Origin: Chloroflexota bacterium
GTDB taxonomy: Bacteria > Chloroflexota > Dehalococcoidia > Lucifugimonadales > Lucifugimonadaceae
Reading direction: 5' to 3'
NCBI GenBank assembly: GCA_002730555.1
Contig: PCAM01000037.1
Coordinates: 85,630 to 149,629 of the forward strand
Length of the DNA stretch: 64,000 bases
Shown: piece by piece, positions 49,709-59,239 of the stretch
How positions within the stretch are numbered: the first letter of the stretch is position 1
Layout of the letters: each line of letters opens with the position of its first letter
The notes under the pieces: generated by a model
What the model was told of the DNA's origin: nothing
Databases searched by the model: none
The model's input: only the letters and a program-made list of their open reading frames with translations
Program-made: the position numbers and the translations under genes

Positions 49709-50143
49709 ATGGCAGGGGTCAGTGATCCACCCGCCCGGAGGCGGAATCAAAACAGAATGCCAAGAAGAGTTCGCACACGACGTCGTGAGAGGAAGTTCGT
49801 CCCCCAGGGGCACGCCTACGTCTCCGCCACATTCAACAACACAATCGTGACCCTGACGGAGCCAAACGGCGACGTGCTGTCTTGGGCGAGCGGCGGAACC
49901 GTTGGGTTCAAGGGATCTCGCAAGGGCACGGCCTTCGCAGCGCAGCGCGCCGGAGAGGCCGCCGCACGGAAGGCGATGGACCATGGACTGCGCACGGTAG
50001 ACGTGCTTGTCAAGGGTCCCGGATCCGGCCGGGAAGCGGCCATCCGCTCCCTGCAGGCCGCCGGCCTGCGTATCACGAGTATCAAAGATGTCACGCCGGT
50101 GCCCCACAACGGGTGCCGGCCGCCGAAGAAACGCCGGGTTTAG
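49709..50143 (+). CDS. rpsK: 30S ribosomal protein S11
   Basis: [17 protein letters not shown]...GFKGSRKGT...[12 protein letters not shown]. Confidence 0.93.
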   Translation: MAGVSDPPARRRNQNRMPRRVRTRRRERKFVPQGHAYVSATFNNTIVTLTEPNGDVLSWASGGTVGFKGSRKGTAFAAQRAGEAAARKAMDHGLRTVDVLVKGPGSGREAAIRSLQAAGLRITSIKDVTPVPHNGCRPPKKRRV

Positions 50144-50270
50144 CCCCCGGCGGAACGCGATGCGCTTTCACATCGATAGCGCACCTCCAAGCCAGGACTC
50201 GGGATCGACTGTCCTCATCCGGATCCGCACCAGTACGCCCGTAAAACGGCGAAAGGAAAAACAGGCTTTA

Positions 50271-50915
50271 ATGGCGAGGTATAACGGCCCGGCTTGCAGG
50301 CTTTGCAGGCGGTTGGGAGAAAAACTCTTCCTGAAAGGCGAACGCTGCTACACGCCGCGCTGCGCCGTAGACAAGCGCCGGGCGCCCCCGGGCGAACAGG
50401 CCGCTAACGCGGGTTTCCAGCGGCGACGCCGGATTTCCGAGCACGGAACACAACTGCGCGAGAAGCAGAAGGCTCGTTACGTATACGGCACGCTCGAGCG
50501 CCAGTTCAGCAACTACATGAATCAGGCGACGCGCGCTTCCGGCGTGACGGGCGACCGGCTCATGCAACTGCTCGAACGACGGCTGGACAACGTCGTGTAC
50601 CGACTTGCTTTCGGCGACTCCCGAAATCAATCGCGTCAACTGGTCAACCACGGTCACTTCCAGGTGAACGGGCGTCGGGTGGACATCCCGTCGTTCATGG
50701 TCAAGCCCGGTGACGTGATCTCATGGCGAGAGGGGTCACGATCCAACAACTACTTCAAGACGATGAAAGAGACGTTGCCGAAGCGTACGGTCCCCGGCTG
50801 GCTACAGCTGAACGCCGAAAACGCCACCGGCACGGTCGCGGCACTGCCCGCCCCATCCGAGATCGACACCAAGGTCGACACTCGGATGATCGTCGAGTTC
50901 TACTCCAAGCGCTAA
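50271..50915 (+). CDS. rpsD: 30S ribosomal protein S4
   Basis: MARYNGPACRLCRRLGEKLFLKGERC.... The ORF-track start (50007) overlaps rpsK, so I trimmed to ATG 50271 with AAAGGAAAAA upstream. Confidence 0.93.
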   Translation: MARYNGPACRLCRRLGEKLFLKGERCYTPRCAVDKRRAPPGEQAANAGFQRRRRISEHGTQLREKQKARYVYGTLERQFSNYMNQATRASGVTGDRLMQLLERRLDNVVYRLAFGDSRNQSRQLVNHGHFQVNGRRVDIPSFMVKPGDVISWREGSRSNNYFKTMKETLPKRTVPGWLQLNAENATGTVAALPAPSEIDTKVDTRMIVEFYSKR

Positions 50916-50927
50916 GGGGTTTCCTCG

Positions 50928-51989
50928 ATGCTGGATAATCTATACGGGCTCCCGACAGCCGAAGAGCTCCAACCCGCGTTTCATGAGATCCCGCCACTCG
51001 GTATCTCGATCATCGAGACGAACGACACTTACGGCAGGTTCTCGGCAGAGCCGCTTGAGCGCGGCTGGGCGACGACGCTCGGCAACGCTCTCCGTCGCGT
51101 GCTTCTAAGCTCGCTGCCGGGCACGGCTGTTTCATGGCTCAAGATCGACGGCGTACTCCACGAGTACTCGACGATCCCGCACGTTAAGGAAGAGGTCACA
51201 GAGCTCTTGATGAACATCAAGAGTATGCGGCTCCGCTCACTCGCCGACCGACCGGGCCGACTGCGGCTTGAGGTTGACGGCGAGGGCGAGGTGAAGGCTG
51301 GCGATGTCATGGCGTCGTCCGACTTTGAGATCGTCAATCCTGAGCTTCACCTGCTGTCGCTCGACTCTGCGGAGGCGCGTGTCTCCATCGAGATGAACGT
51401 TGAGCAGGGCACGGGCTACGTCCCGGCGGCGCACGAGACCGGTCTTCCGATCGGCGTGCTCCCCGTCGACGCCGTGTTCACACCGGTCCGTAAAGCCGGG
51501 TTCAAGGTGGAGGCGACCCGAGTCGGCCAGAAAACCGATCTGGAGCGCCTGGTCATCGAAGTCTGGACTGACGCCACGCTCACACCGATGGAAGCGATTC
51601 GCTCCGCCGCCGCGCAGTTGATGGACCGGTTCTACCTGTTCGCCAACCTCGAGGTCGGTCGCAGCGATGACGATCCCATCAGCGATCCGATCGAGTCCGG
51701 CAAGGCCAACACGCCTGTCGAGTCGCTCGACCTTTCGGCACGCACCCTCAACTGCCTCAAGCGGGCCGGTATTCATCGCGTGGGTGAGGTGTTGAAGATG
51801 CCGCGTCGTGATCTGCTGAGGATCAGGAACTTCGGCCAGAAGTCACTCGACGAGCTGTACGAACGGCTTGAGGAGAAGGGCTTCTGGTCGCCGGACGCGC
51901 CTGAAGACGGCTCCGAGGGAGACGCCGAATCCGCCTCCGGAGAAGACGCCGCCGCGGTTAGCGCCGGGGAGGCCGAAAATGAGGCATAA
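50928..51989 (+). CDS. rpoA: DNA-directed RNA polymerase subunit alpha
   Basis: GRFSAEPLERGWATTLGNALRRVLLSSLPG, and CTD LDLSARTLNCLKRAGI. Acidic C-terminal tail. Confidence 0.95.
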   Translation: MLDNLYGLPTAEELQPAFHEIPPLGISIIETNDTYGRFSAEPLERGWATTLGNALRRVLLSSLPGTAVSWLKIDGVLHEYSTIPHVKEEVTELLMNIKSMRLRSLADRPGRLRLEVDGEGEVKAGDVMASSDFEIVNPELHLLSLDSAEARVSIEMNVEQGTGYVPAAHETGLPIGVLPVDAVFTPVRKAGFKVEATRVGQKTDLERLVIEVWTDATLTPMEAIRSAAAQLMDRFYLFANLEVGRSDDDPISDPIESGKANTPVESLDLSARTLNCLKRAGIHRVGEVLKMPRRDLLRIRNFGQKSLDELYERLEEKGFWSPDAPEDGSEGDAESASGEDAAAVSAGEAENEA

Positions 51990-52332
51990 GGTTTCAGGCC
52001 GGGCGTTTGGACGCCCCGGCCACATCAGGCGGGCGATGTTCCGCAGCATGGTCACAGATCTGCTGCGGCACGGACGCATCAAGACAACCCTCCAGAAAGC
52101 CAAAGAGTCACGAATCTTCGCCGAGCGCATGATTACGCACGGCAAAGAAGGCTCGATCCACTCCCGCAGGCAGGCGGCCGCTTTCATCACCGACACAAGT
52201 GTCGTGAAGCGGTTGTTTGATGAGATCGCCCCGGAGTTCGCAGACCGCTCGGGCGGTTATACCCGAGTGATCAGGCTTGGTCCCCGCAAGGGCGATGGAG
52301 CCGAGATGGTCATTCTTGAGTTGGTTTCTTAG
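51979..52332 (+). CDS. rplQ: 50S ribosomal protein L17
   Basis: MRHKVSGRAFGRPGHIRRAMFRSM...GGYTRV. Start trimmed to ATG 51979, overlapping the rpoA end by 11 nt. Confidence 0.93.
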   Translation: MRHKVSGRAFGRPGHIRRAMFRSMVTDLLRHGRIKTTLQKAKESRIFAERMITHGKEGSIHSRRQAAAFITDTSVVKRLFDEIAPEFADRSGGYTRVIRLGPRKGDGAEMVILELVS

Positions 52333-52357
52333 CCCGATTTTCTGAAACGAGAAGAGT

Positions 52358-52379
52358 CCCGGGACTTAATCGTCCCGGG
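52358..52379 (+). terminator. hairpin after rplQ (possible weak terminator or processing site)
   Basis: CCCGGGAC (52358-65) / GTCCCGGG (52372-79) with a 6-nt loop. There is no clear U-tract. Confidence 0.3.
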
Positions 52380-52392
52380 GTTCGTAATCAAA

Positions 52393-53184
52393 ATGCGAAT
52401 CGGACTCGTAATTGAATATGACGGAACAGACCTGCACGGTTCTCAGTTGCAGGCCACGGACCGAACAGTACAGGGAGAGATAGAAAGCGTCCTGCCGACG
52501 ATATTCGGGAGACCGGTCAGGTTGTACATGGCCAGCCGCACGGATGCCGGAGTGCACGGAACAGGACAGGTCGGGGCGTTTAACGTCGAGACCGATCTGA
52601 ACGACCAGAAGATACGGGACGCTATAAATCACTACCTGCCCGAGGATGTCGCAATCGTCTGCGCCTCAAGGGTCGCAGACGATTTCGATCCGAGACGGGA
52701 TGCAACAAGCAGGGAGTACAGATACACAATCAATGACCGGCGTTCCAGATCGCCGTTCTCCCGACATCGGGCAGCACACGTCCGGCAACGGTTGGACCAA
52801 TCAGCGATGAACGAGGCCGCCACTCGCCTGGTGGGTGAACACGACTTTGCGGCATTTGCCGGTCCGGCGACTCCGCCGGATGCGATCACCGTGAGGCGGG
52901 TGGAGGAATCAGGGGTTGAACGAAATGGGGACGAGGTCGAGTTCACAATCCGTGGGAATGCGTTTGTCCACCAGCAGGTGAGGCGGGTAGTAGGAGCGCT
53001 GGTCCGTGTGGGCCGCTCTCAGATGGAACCGGATCAGTTTCAGGAATTGATCCACCGGGCAGAGCGTGGACTCGCAACAGACCTCGCTCCGGCTCGCGGA
53101 CTGTGTTTGACGAAGGTAAACTATCTAGGTGCGGACGGGACCGGACTTCCCCGCACCACGAGAGATCGAGCAACGATTAGATGA
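52393..53184 (+). CDS. truA: tRNA pseudouridine(38-40) synthase
   Basis: IEYDGTDLHGSQLQ, ASRTDAGVHG (catalytic Asp), HDFAAF. Confidence 0.92.
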   Translation: MRIGLVIEYDGTDLHGSQLQATDRTVQGEIESVLPTIFGRPVRLYMASRTDAGVHGTGQVGAFNVETDLNDQKIRDAINHYLPEDVAIVCASRVADDFDPRRDATSREYRYTINDRRSRSPFSRHRAAHVRQRLDQSAMNEAATRLVGEHDFAAFAGPATPPDAITVRRVEESGVERNGDEVEFTIRGNAFVHQQVRRVVGALVRVGRSQMEPDQFQELIHRAERGLATDLAPARGLCLTKVNYLGADGTGLPRTTRDRATIR

Positions 53185-53642
53185 CCAGCAATATCAAGCC
53201 ATATAACCCGAGCGCCTCCGATCTTGGATCGGATTGGCAAGTAATCGATGCCAAAGGGCAGACGCTGGGGCGTCTGTGCACGGGCATCGCCATGTCGCTG
53301 ATGGGCAAGCACAAGCCGGGATACGTCCCGCACCTGCTCAGCGGCGATTTTGTCGTGGTGATTAACGCTGATAAGGTGGTGGTCACGGGCAACAAGACAA
53401 CGCAGAAAGAGTACCTACGGCACAGCCAGTACCCGGGTAACCTGAAGCGGATTTCGTACGAGACGATGCAGGAGAAGCACCCTGGTCGGATCATCCAGCA
53501 CGCCGTCAAAGGAATGCTGCCGAAGACCAAACTGGGCGCACGCATGTTGTCCCGGCTGAAGATCTACGCCGGATCCGAGCACCCGCATGAGGCACAAATC
53601 AAGGGCGCAGAACTCGCGCGCTCCAAAGAAGGGGACGCCTAG
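53181..53642 (+). CDS. rplM: 50S ribosomal protein L13
   Basis: WQVIDAKGQTLGRL...GKHKP.Y.PH...GDFVVVINA. Confidence 0.95.
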   Translation: MTSNIKPYNPSASDLGSDWQVIDAKGQTLGRLCTGIAMSLMGKHKPGYVPHLLSGDFVVVINADKVVVTGNKTTQKEYLRHSQYPGNLKRISYETMQEKHPGRIIQHAVKGMLPKTKLGARMLSRLKIYAGSEHPHEAQIKGAELARSKEGDA

Positions 53643-54038
53643 TTGACGGATCAGCACTACTACTACGGCACGGGTCGCCGGAAGAGCGCGGTCGCACGCG
53701 TTCGGCTCTACCCAACTCCCGGCGGAATCACCGTCAACGGCAAGCCCGTGGGGGAAGTTCTCCCCGCCGAGAAGATGATGTTTGAGGCCACAGCGCCTCT
53801 CCGCGCTGTCGAGATGGTGGACAACGTCACCGTTGTCGCCAAGATCTCCGGCGGCGGCACGTCCGGACAGTCCGGCGCGCTGGCACACGGCATCGCCCGG
53901 GCGCTTCTTGTGATGGACCCCAACCTGCGCGCTCCCTTGCGTGCCGGCGGCCACTTGACCAGGGATGCCCGGGTCAAGGAGAGCAAGAAGTACGGCCTGA
54001 AGAAGGCCCGAAAGGCGCCCCAGTACACCAAGCGCTAG
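53643..54038 (+). CDS. rpsI: 30S ribosomal protein S9
   Basis: YYGTGRRKSAVARV...GGGTSGQSGA...RKAPQYTKR. TTG start. Confidence 0.95.
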   Translation: MTDQHYYYGTGRRKSAVARVRLYPTPGGITVNGKPVGEVLPAEKMMFEATAPLRAVEMVDNVTVVAKISGGGTSGQSGALAHGIARALLVMDPNLRAPLRAGGHLTRDARVKESKKYGLKKARKAPQYTKR

Positions 54039-54102
54039 GCCCGGCTGGGCGGCTATTCCCTGCGGGGTGAATCCGATTGGGCGCTCATCACGGTCATATG
54101 GA

Positions 54103-54131
54103 ACACCCCCGACGTTCATCGCCGGGGGTGT
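54103..54131. terminator. bidirectional terminator hairpin between rpsI and prmC
   Basis: ACACCCCCGACG / CGCCGGGGGTGT (11 bp, one mismatch, 5-nt loop), followed by TTCGGGTT on the + strand. It lies between convergent genes. Confidence 0.55.
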
Positions 54132-54163
54132 TTCGGGTTCAGGGATTCGCGCAAGCGAGTCCG

Positions 54164-55051
54164 TCAGTCGATCTCTGCTACGACGCAGCGCTCCAGACCG
54201 GCGAGATCCTTCTCTACTCTGACCGATGCTGTCGGAAGCGCCTCGGAGAGCAGGTCCGCGGTCCCGGCGAAGGTCAGTGGGTCGATCTCGAACAGAGCAA
54301 TGCAGCCGGATGGGTCCACAACGGCCTCCAGCATCGGCGCAAGGCGTCTGACGACGTCGAGGCCGTCTTCTCCGCCGAGCAGCGCCATCACGGGCTCCCG
54401 GCGCACTTCCGGCTGCGCGGCTTCGAGCGTGTCTGAGCGGACATATGGCAGGTTTGCGAAGACCATCTGATACCTCTGCCTTTCTAATGGTGCGGCGAGG
54501 TCACCCTCGTAAAACTCGATGCGGTCCTCAACTCCAATCCTCATCGCATTGCCTCTCGCCACCACGAGCGCCGCCGGGGACAGGTCCACGGCATCCACCG
54601 ACGCGGCCCCAAGCTCGGCAGCCAGCGTGACCGCCAGCGTCCCGCTTCCGGTACCAATATCGGCTATCCGGATAGGAGGCGGGACCTCAGGGTGCTTCGA
54701 AACCCAGCAGAGGGCCAGCTCTACGAGAAGCTCCGTCTCCGGGCGTGGGATCAAAACATCCGGCGTCACTTCCAGTTCTCGACCATAAAACGCCTTTCGC
54801 CCGGTGATGTAGGCGAGCGGCTCACGGCCGGCACGGCGGTCAGTTGACCGGCGCAACTCCGCGGCAGCTTCGGGTTCAACCGGGTCATTTATCCCGGCGA
54901 ACATACGAGCGGGGTCGATCTCAAGGACGTGCTGCAGAAGGAGTTCGCCTTCGAGCTGGTACTCCTCGATACCGGCGTATTTCAGCCGGGCGCGACACCA
55001 GACCAGTAGTTCACGAATGGAGGCGTCGCCGCGCTCGCCCTCACGTTCCAA
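54164..55051 (-). CDS. prmC: peptide chain release factor N5-glutamine methyltransferase
   Basis: PLAYITG...F.G....V...VLIPRPETE, DIGTGSG, and motif IV reading NLPY. Immediately downstream of prfA. Confidence 0.85.
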   Translation of the reverse strand: MEREGERGDASIRELLVWCRARLKYAGIEEYQLEGELLLQHVLEIDPARMFAGINDPVEPEAAAELRRSTDRRAGREPLAYITGRKAFYGRELEVTPDVLIPRPETELLVELALCWVSKHPEVPPPIRIADIGTGSGTLAVTLAAELGAASVDAVDLSPAALVVARGNAMRIGVEDRIEFYEGDLAAPLERQRYQMVFANLPYVRSDTLEAAQPEVRREPVMALLGGEDGLDVVRRLAPMLEAVVDPSGCIALFEIDPLTFAGTADLLSEALPTASVRVEKDLAGLERCVVAEID

Positions 55052-55057
55052 TGACCC

Positions 55058-56146
55058 TTAGTCCTCGACGCCGACCGCCGCCAACTTCCGGGCCTGTTCG
55101 TCCCGTTGCAGGGCGTCGATGAACTCATCCAACCCGCCTTCGAGCACGCGCGGCAGGTTGTGGCTGGTCAGGTTAATTCGGTGGTCCGTGATGCGACTTT
55201 GCGGGTAGTTGTAGGTTCGGATCTTCTCCGAACGATCGCCCGTCCCCACCTGCGCTTTGCGGTCCCCTGCGATCTCTTCTTGCTGCAGTCGCAACTGGAG
55301 GTCCCAGAGACGGGCGCTCAGGATGCCCATGGCGTGCTGTCTGTTCTGAAGCTGGGAACGCTCTTTCTGGGACGTCACAACAAGGCCGGTCTCCAGGTGC
55401 GTCATGCGCACTGCGGTGGCAACCTTGTTCACGTTCTGGCCGCCGGCGCCGCCCGAGTGATAGATGTCGATACGGATATCTTCCGGCTTGATGTCTATCT
55501 CAAGTTCGTCCGGCTTCGGCAGAACGGCCACGGTGGCCGTGGAGGTGTGAACCCGGCCCTGTGATTCAGTGGCGGGCACGCGCTGAACGCGGTGCACTCC
55601 GCTCTCGAACTTCAGCCTGCTGAAAGCGCCCTTGCCCTGGACCTCAAAAATTACTTCGCTGATGCCGCCAATGCCCGATTCGTTGATATCGACAAGCGTC
55701 ATCTTCCAGCGAGAGGTCTCCGCATATCGCTGGTACATCCGGTAAAGCTCCGCTGCGAAAAGCCCGGCCTCGTCTCCGCCGGCGCCCTTTCGTATCTCCA
55801 CGATGGCATCGGCTTCGGCGGTTACATCCGGCGGGAGCAACGCCAGCTCCAGTTCTTCTGTGAGTCGTACCTCGTCGGCCTCTAGTTCCTGCACCTCTTC
55901 ACGCGCCATCGCCGCCAGGCCGGGGTCGCTTTCGCCGTCCAGCATCTCCTGTGCGCCCGCAATCTCCTCCGCCACACGCCCGTGCTCCCCGGCCAGCTCC
56001 ACGATCTCCTGGAGGCGCGAATACTCCTGTCCGAGGCGTCGGATCGCATTGGGATCGGTCGCGACGGCAGGATCCGACATCTCACGTTCGACTTCGGAGT
56101 GGCGATCGACGATCGCCTGGATCTTTTTCAGAGTGGAATCAAGCAC
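55058..56146 (-). CDS. prfA: peptide chain release factor 1
   Basis: PAT tripeptide (VPATESQGRVHTS) and GGQ (SGGAGGQNVNKV). Confidence 0.95.
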   Translation of the reverse strand: MLDSTLKKIQAIVDRHSEVEREMSDPAVATDPNAIRRLGQEYSRLQEIVELAGEHGRVAEEIAGAQEMLDGESDPGLAAMAREEVQELEADEVRLTEELELALLPPDVTAEADAIVEIRKGAGGDEAGLFAAELYRMYQRYAETSRWKMTLVDINESGIGGISEVIFEVQGKGAFSRLKFESGVHRVQRVPATESQGRVHTSTATVAVLPKPDELEIDIKPEDIRIDIYHSGGAGGQNVNKVATAVRMTHLETGLVVTSQKERSQLQNRQHAMGILSARLWDLQLRLQQEEIAGDRKAQVGTGDRSEKIRTYNYPQSRITDHRINLTSHNLPRVLEGGLDEFIDALQRDEQARKLAAVGVED

Positions 56147-56242
56147 GGTTTCAGAATATCACGCAGGCAGGGCCTAGATTATTTTGCGACGTTGTAGGAG
56201 TGGGCATGGCGCGGCCCGCCCGAGACACCGTGTAATACGCTT

Positions 56243-57562
56243 CTAGTCGCCCCGGAGGGCCTTCGCAAGCGCCTGGACGTTCAACGCCACGGCTTCCTGC
56301 TCCCCGTTGTCTCGGAGCGGCCTCAGAGCGCCTTCAGCCGACTCGATCTCGCGATCGCCGATGATCAGGGCATAACGGGCGTTCATCGAGTTGCTGTACC
56401 GCATCTGGGCCCTCATACTGCGACCAACCGGAGCCACAAGCACGCCAAGGCCGTCGTCCCGAAGACCGGCGGCGAGTGCAGACGCACGCAAACCTGCCTC
56501 GTCTCCAAGATGAACGATTACGACATCTGGGCCGGATTCAGGCGGAACAAAGCCTTCCCGTGACTTCACTTCCGAGATAATCCGATCCAGCCCGAGGGCG
56601 AACCCGATACCCGGCGTTGGCGGCCCGCCGATCTCCTCGATCAGTCCGTCGTAGCGGCCGCCGCCAAGCAGCGTGCTCTGCCCCGCGGCATTCTCCGGCT
56701 CGATCTCAAACACGGTACGCGTGTAGTAATCGAGACCACGTACGAGGCGGTGGTCGATGGAGTAATCAAGGTCCGGATATGTGTCTTTCAGGCCATCGAG
56801 CAACGCGATTACCGAGGCCCAGTGCGCATCACACGCATCACACAGGAAGTCGGTCGATTTAGGAGCAGCGTCGCCAATCCCCTGACACTGGGTCCTTTTG
56901 CAGTCCAGCAAGCGGAGCGGAGCGCTTTCAAATCTCTGGCGGTCGTCGTCGCAGACCTCGTCGATGTGGCCGCGGTAGTACTCACGTAGCGCATCGAGAT
57001 AGGCCGGACGGCACTCGGAATCTCCGATGCTGTTGATTCGAAGCGACGTGCCGTTGATGTTAAGAGACCGGATGTAGGACCATCCGAGCTCTATCACTTC
57101 AACGTCCACGTTCGGCGATCCGTCTCCGATCGCCTCGACACCAAACTGCCTTAGCTGCCGGAAACGCCCAGCCTGGGGGCGTTCATACCTGAAATAAGGC
57201 CCGATGTAGTGCATCCGCACCGGCTGCGGCTGGTTGTGAAGGCCGTGTTCGATATAGGCCCGGCACACGCCCGCCGTTCCCTCCGGCCTCAGTGTGAGTG
57301 AATCGCCGCCGTGGTCTTCGAAGGTGTACATCTCCTTCTGGACGATGTCGGTGGCGTCGCCAACTCCCCGTTCGAATAGATCTGTTGGCTCGAACATCGG
57401 GGTGTCGATACGGCCGTAGCCGAATCGTTTGGCGGTTTCGGCCGCCGTCTTCAGTGCGAACGACCAGTAAGGCTGTTCGTCCGGAAGTATGTCGTATGTG
57501 CCGCGGGGTGCGCGGAAGGATGGCATCGGGCCAACTCCTTCGCTCTCGGCCTGCTGAGTCAA
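56243..57562 (-). CDS. hisS: histidine--tRNA ligase
   Basis: APRGTYDILP, LRPEGTAG, FRYERPQAGR.RQF.Q, GGGRYDGL. Confidence 0.93.
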   Translation of the reverse strand: MTQQAESEGVGPMPSFRAPRGTYDILPDEQPYWSFALKTAAETAKRFGYGRIDTPMFEPTDLFERGVGDATDIVQKEMYTFEDHGGDSLTLRPEGTAGVCRAYIEHGLHNQPQPVRMHYIGPYFRYERPQAGRFRQLRQFGVEAIGDGSPNVDVEVIELGWSYIRSLNINGTSLRINSIGDSECRPAYLDALREYYRGHIDEVCDDDRQRFESAPLRLLDCKRTQCQGIGDAAPKSTDFLCDACDAHWASVIALLDGLKDTYPDLDYSIDHRLVRGLDYYTRTVFEIEPENAAGQSTLLGGGRYDGLIEEIGGPPTPGIGFALGLDRIISEVKSREGFVPPESGPDVVIVHLGDEAGLRASALAAGLRDDGLGVLVAPVGRSMRAQMRYSNSMNARYALIIGDREIESAEGALRPLRDNGEQEAVALNVQALAKALRGD

Positions 57563-57626
57563 TCCCGTGCCAGACCGTTAGAGATAACCGTGGATCGATG
57601 TTTACGCCGGACTCGCTGCTTTCAGG

Positions 57627-58766
57627 CTACGAGCCCAGCCCCGCATGCTGGAAGATCTTGCCTTCCGTCTTGATGGACGGGGCGATCATCATCTCAGCCT
57701 GGTGCATCTCCCGCACGGTGGATGCGCCGACCATTCCCATAGATATCTCAAGCGCGCCGACCAGGTTCTGCGTGCCGTCCGTCAACGAGGACGGACCTTT
57801 CAGGATTTGTTCAAGGCTGGCCCTCGTGCCGACCTCGATACGTGTGCCCCGGGGGAGAGACGAGTGCGGTGTCGCCATACCCCAATTGAACCCCAGTCCG
57901 GGAGCCTCTCTTGACTGCGCGAACGGCGTCCCGATCATGACGGCGTCGGCGCCTGCAGCGATTGATTTGCAGACGTCCCCGCCGGTCCTAATGCCGCCGT
58001 CCGTGATGATCGGGACGTATCGGCCGGTGTCCTCAAAGTACTGATCCCGGGCAAATGCCGTCTGGATGGTCGCCGTGACCTGCGGGACGCCGATCCCGAG
58101 AACTTCACGGGAGGTGCAGGCTGCGCCAGGGCCGACGCCGACAAGGATGCCGGAGACGCCCTCTTCCATCAGCTGACATGTCACCTCGGGGCTGACGGTG
58201 TTGCCGACCAGCACCGGGAGGCCGATGCTCTCGACGAGTTCTGAGAAGATCAAGCCTTTCAGGCTCTTGGAGATGTGCTTTACCGTCGTAACGGTGCTCT
58301 GCACGACGATGATCTCTGCGCCGGCCTCTTTGACCACCGGGGCCAGCCGTTTGGTATTGGCCGGGATGACAGAAACGGCGCACGTGGCACCGCTTGCTTT
58401 GATCTCTTCAACCCGCCGGGACACGAGATCGTCTCGCATCGGCTGGCTGTAAACCTTCTGGAGGAAGGCCGTCGCCTCTTCTCGGGGTTTGCTGGCGATG
58501 TCCGAATATATCTCTTCGGTGTCCTCGTACCGGGTTTGCAGGCCGTCTAGGTTCAGGACCGCCAGCCCGCCGAGGCGGTGAAGCTCCCCGGCGAACGATG
58601 GGTTAACGACGGCGTCCATCGCTGACGCCAAGAACGGGATCGCAAATTCGTGTCCATCCAAGGCGAAGGTCGTGTTCACCCCTTCAGGGTTGACCGTGAT
58701 CTCGCCGGGAGCGATCGCGACATCGTCGAATCCGTATGCACGTTTGAGTTCTTTAATCTGTGCCAA
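57627..58766 (-). CDS. IMP dehydrogenase/GMP reductase-family protein without CBS insert (GuaB3-like)
   Basis: 379 aa. TIM-barrel pattern FDDVAIAPG..., GVGPGAACTSRE, GGIRTGGDV. Too short to hold the CBS pair of canonical GuaB. Confidence 0.75.
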   Translation of the reverse strand: MAQIKELKRAYGFDDVAIAPGEITVNPEGVNTTFALDGHEFAIPFLASAMDAVVNPSFAGELHRLGGLAVLNLDGLQTRYEDTEEIYSDIASKPREEATAFLQKVYSQPMRDDLVSRRVEEIKASGATCAVSVIPANTKRLAPVVKEAGAEIIVVQSTVTTVKHISKSLKGLIFSELVESIGLPVLVGNTVSPEVTCQLMEEGVSGILVGVGPGAACTSREVLGIGVPQVTATIQTAFARDQYFEDTGRYVPIITDGGIRTGGDVCKSIAAGADAVMIGTPFAQSREAPGLGFNWGMATPHSSLPRGTRIEVGTRASLEQILKGPSSLTDGTQNLVGALEISMGMVGASTVREMHQAEMMIAPSIKTEGKIFQHAGLGS

Positions 58767-59239
58767 CGCGGACGGTACCCCCGGTGAACGGTATTGAAAA
58801 TGGTGTATCGGTCCCCTTTTGCCAGCGTTGATGTCTCGGCAGCAAACTCGAAAACAGATCAGGTTACGAATTTCGACGCGCCGTCCAAAAAGGGGTATTC
58901 GAACGAGTATACGACCGCGCTAGTCTATCCGGAAGCGGGTACCGAAAACGCGAAGATCCTGGATGCGGCCCGTATCGACGGCGTATCGCCAATCCGTTCG
59001 TGATAACCTCATTCTCCACCGCTAACTCCACACGGTCCCGGGGCTCAAGATCGCCGGGCGCGGAGAGGTGAGTGACGGGGCAATAGCCCGGAGAATTCCA
59101 GCCGACGACATGGCCTACAGCGCAGTCGTACGGCGTCACGGAGCTCGACGAGGAGATGACCCGGCCCGCGGCATCGCCGCCCGCTCACCCACGCGCACGT
59201 CAGTGTTATCTGTGTCCGGGCCAGAGCGAACGCAGTTTG

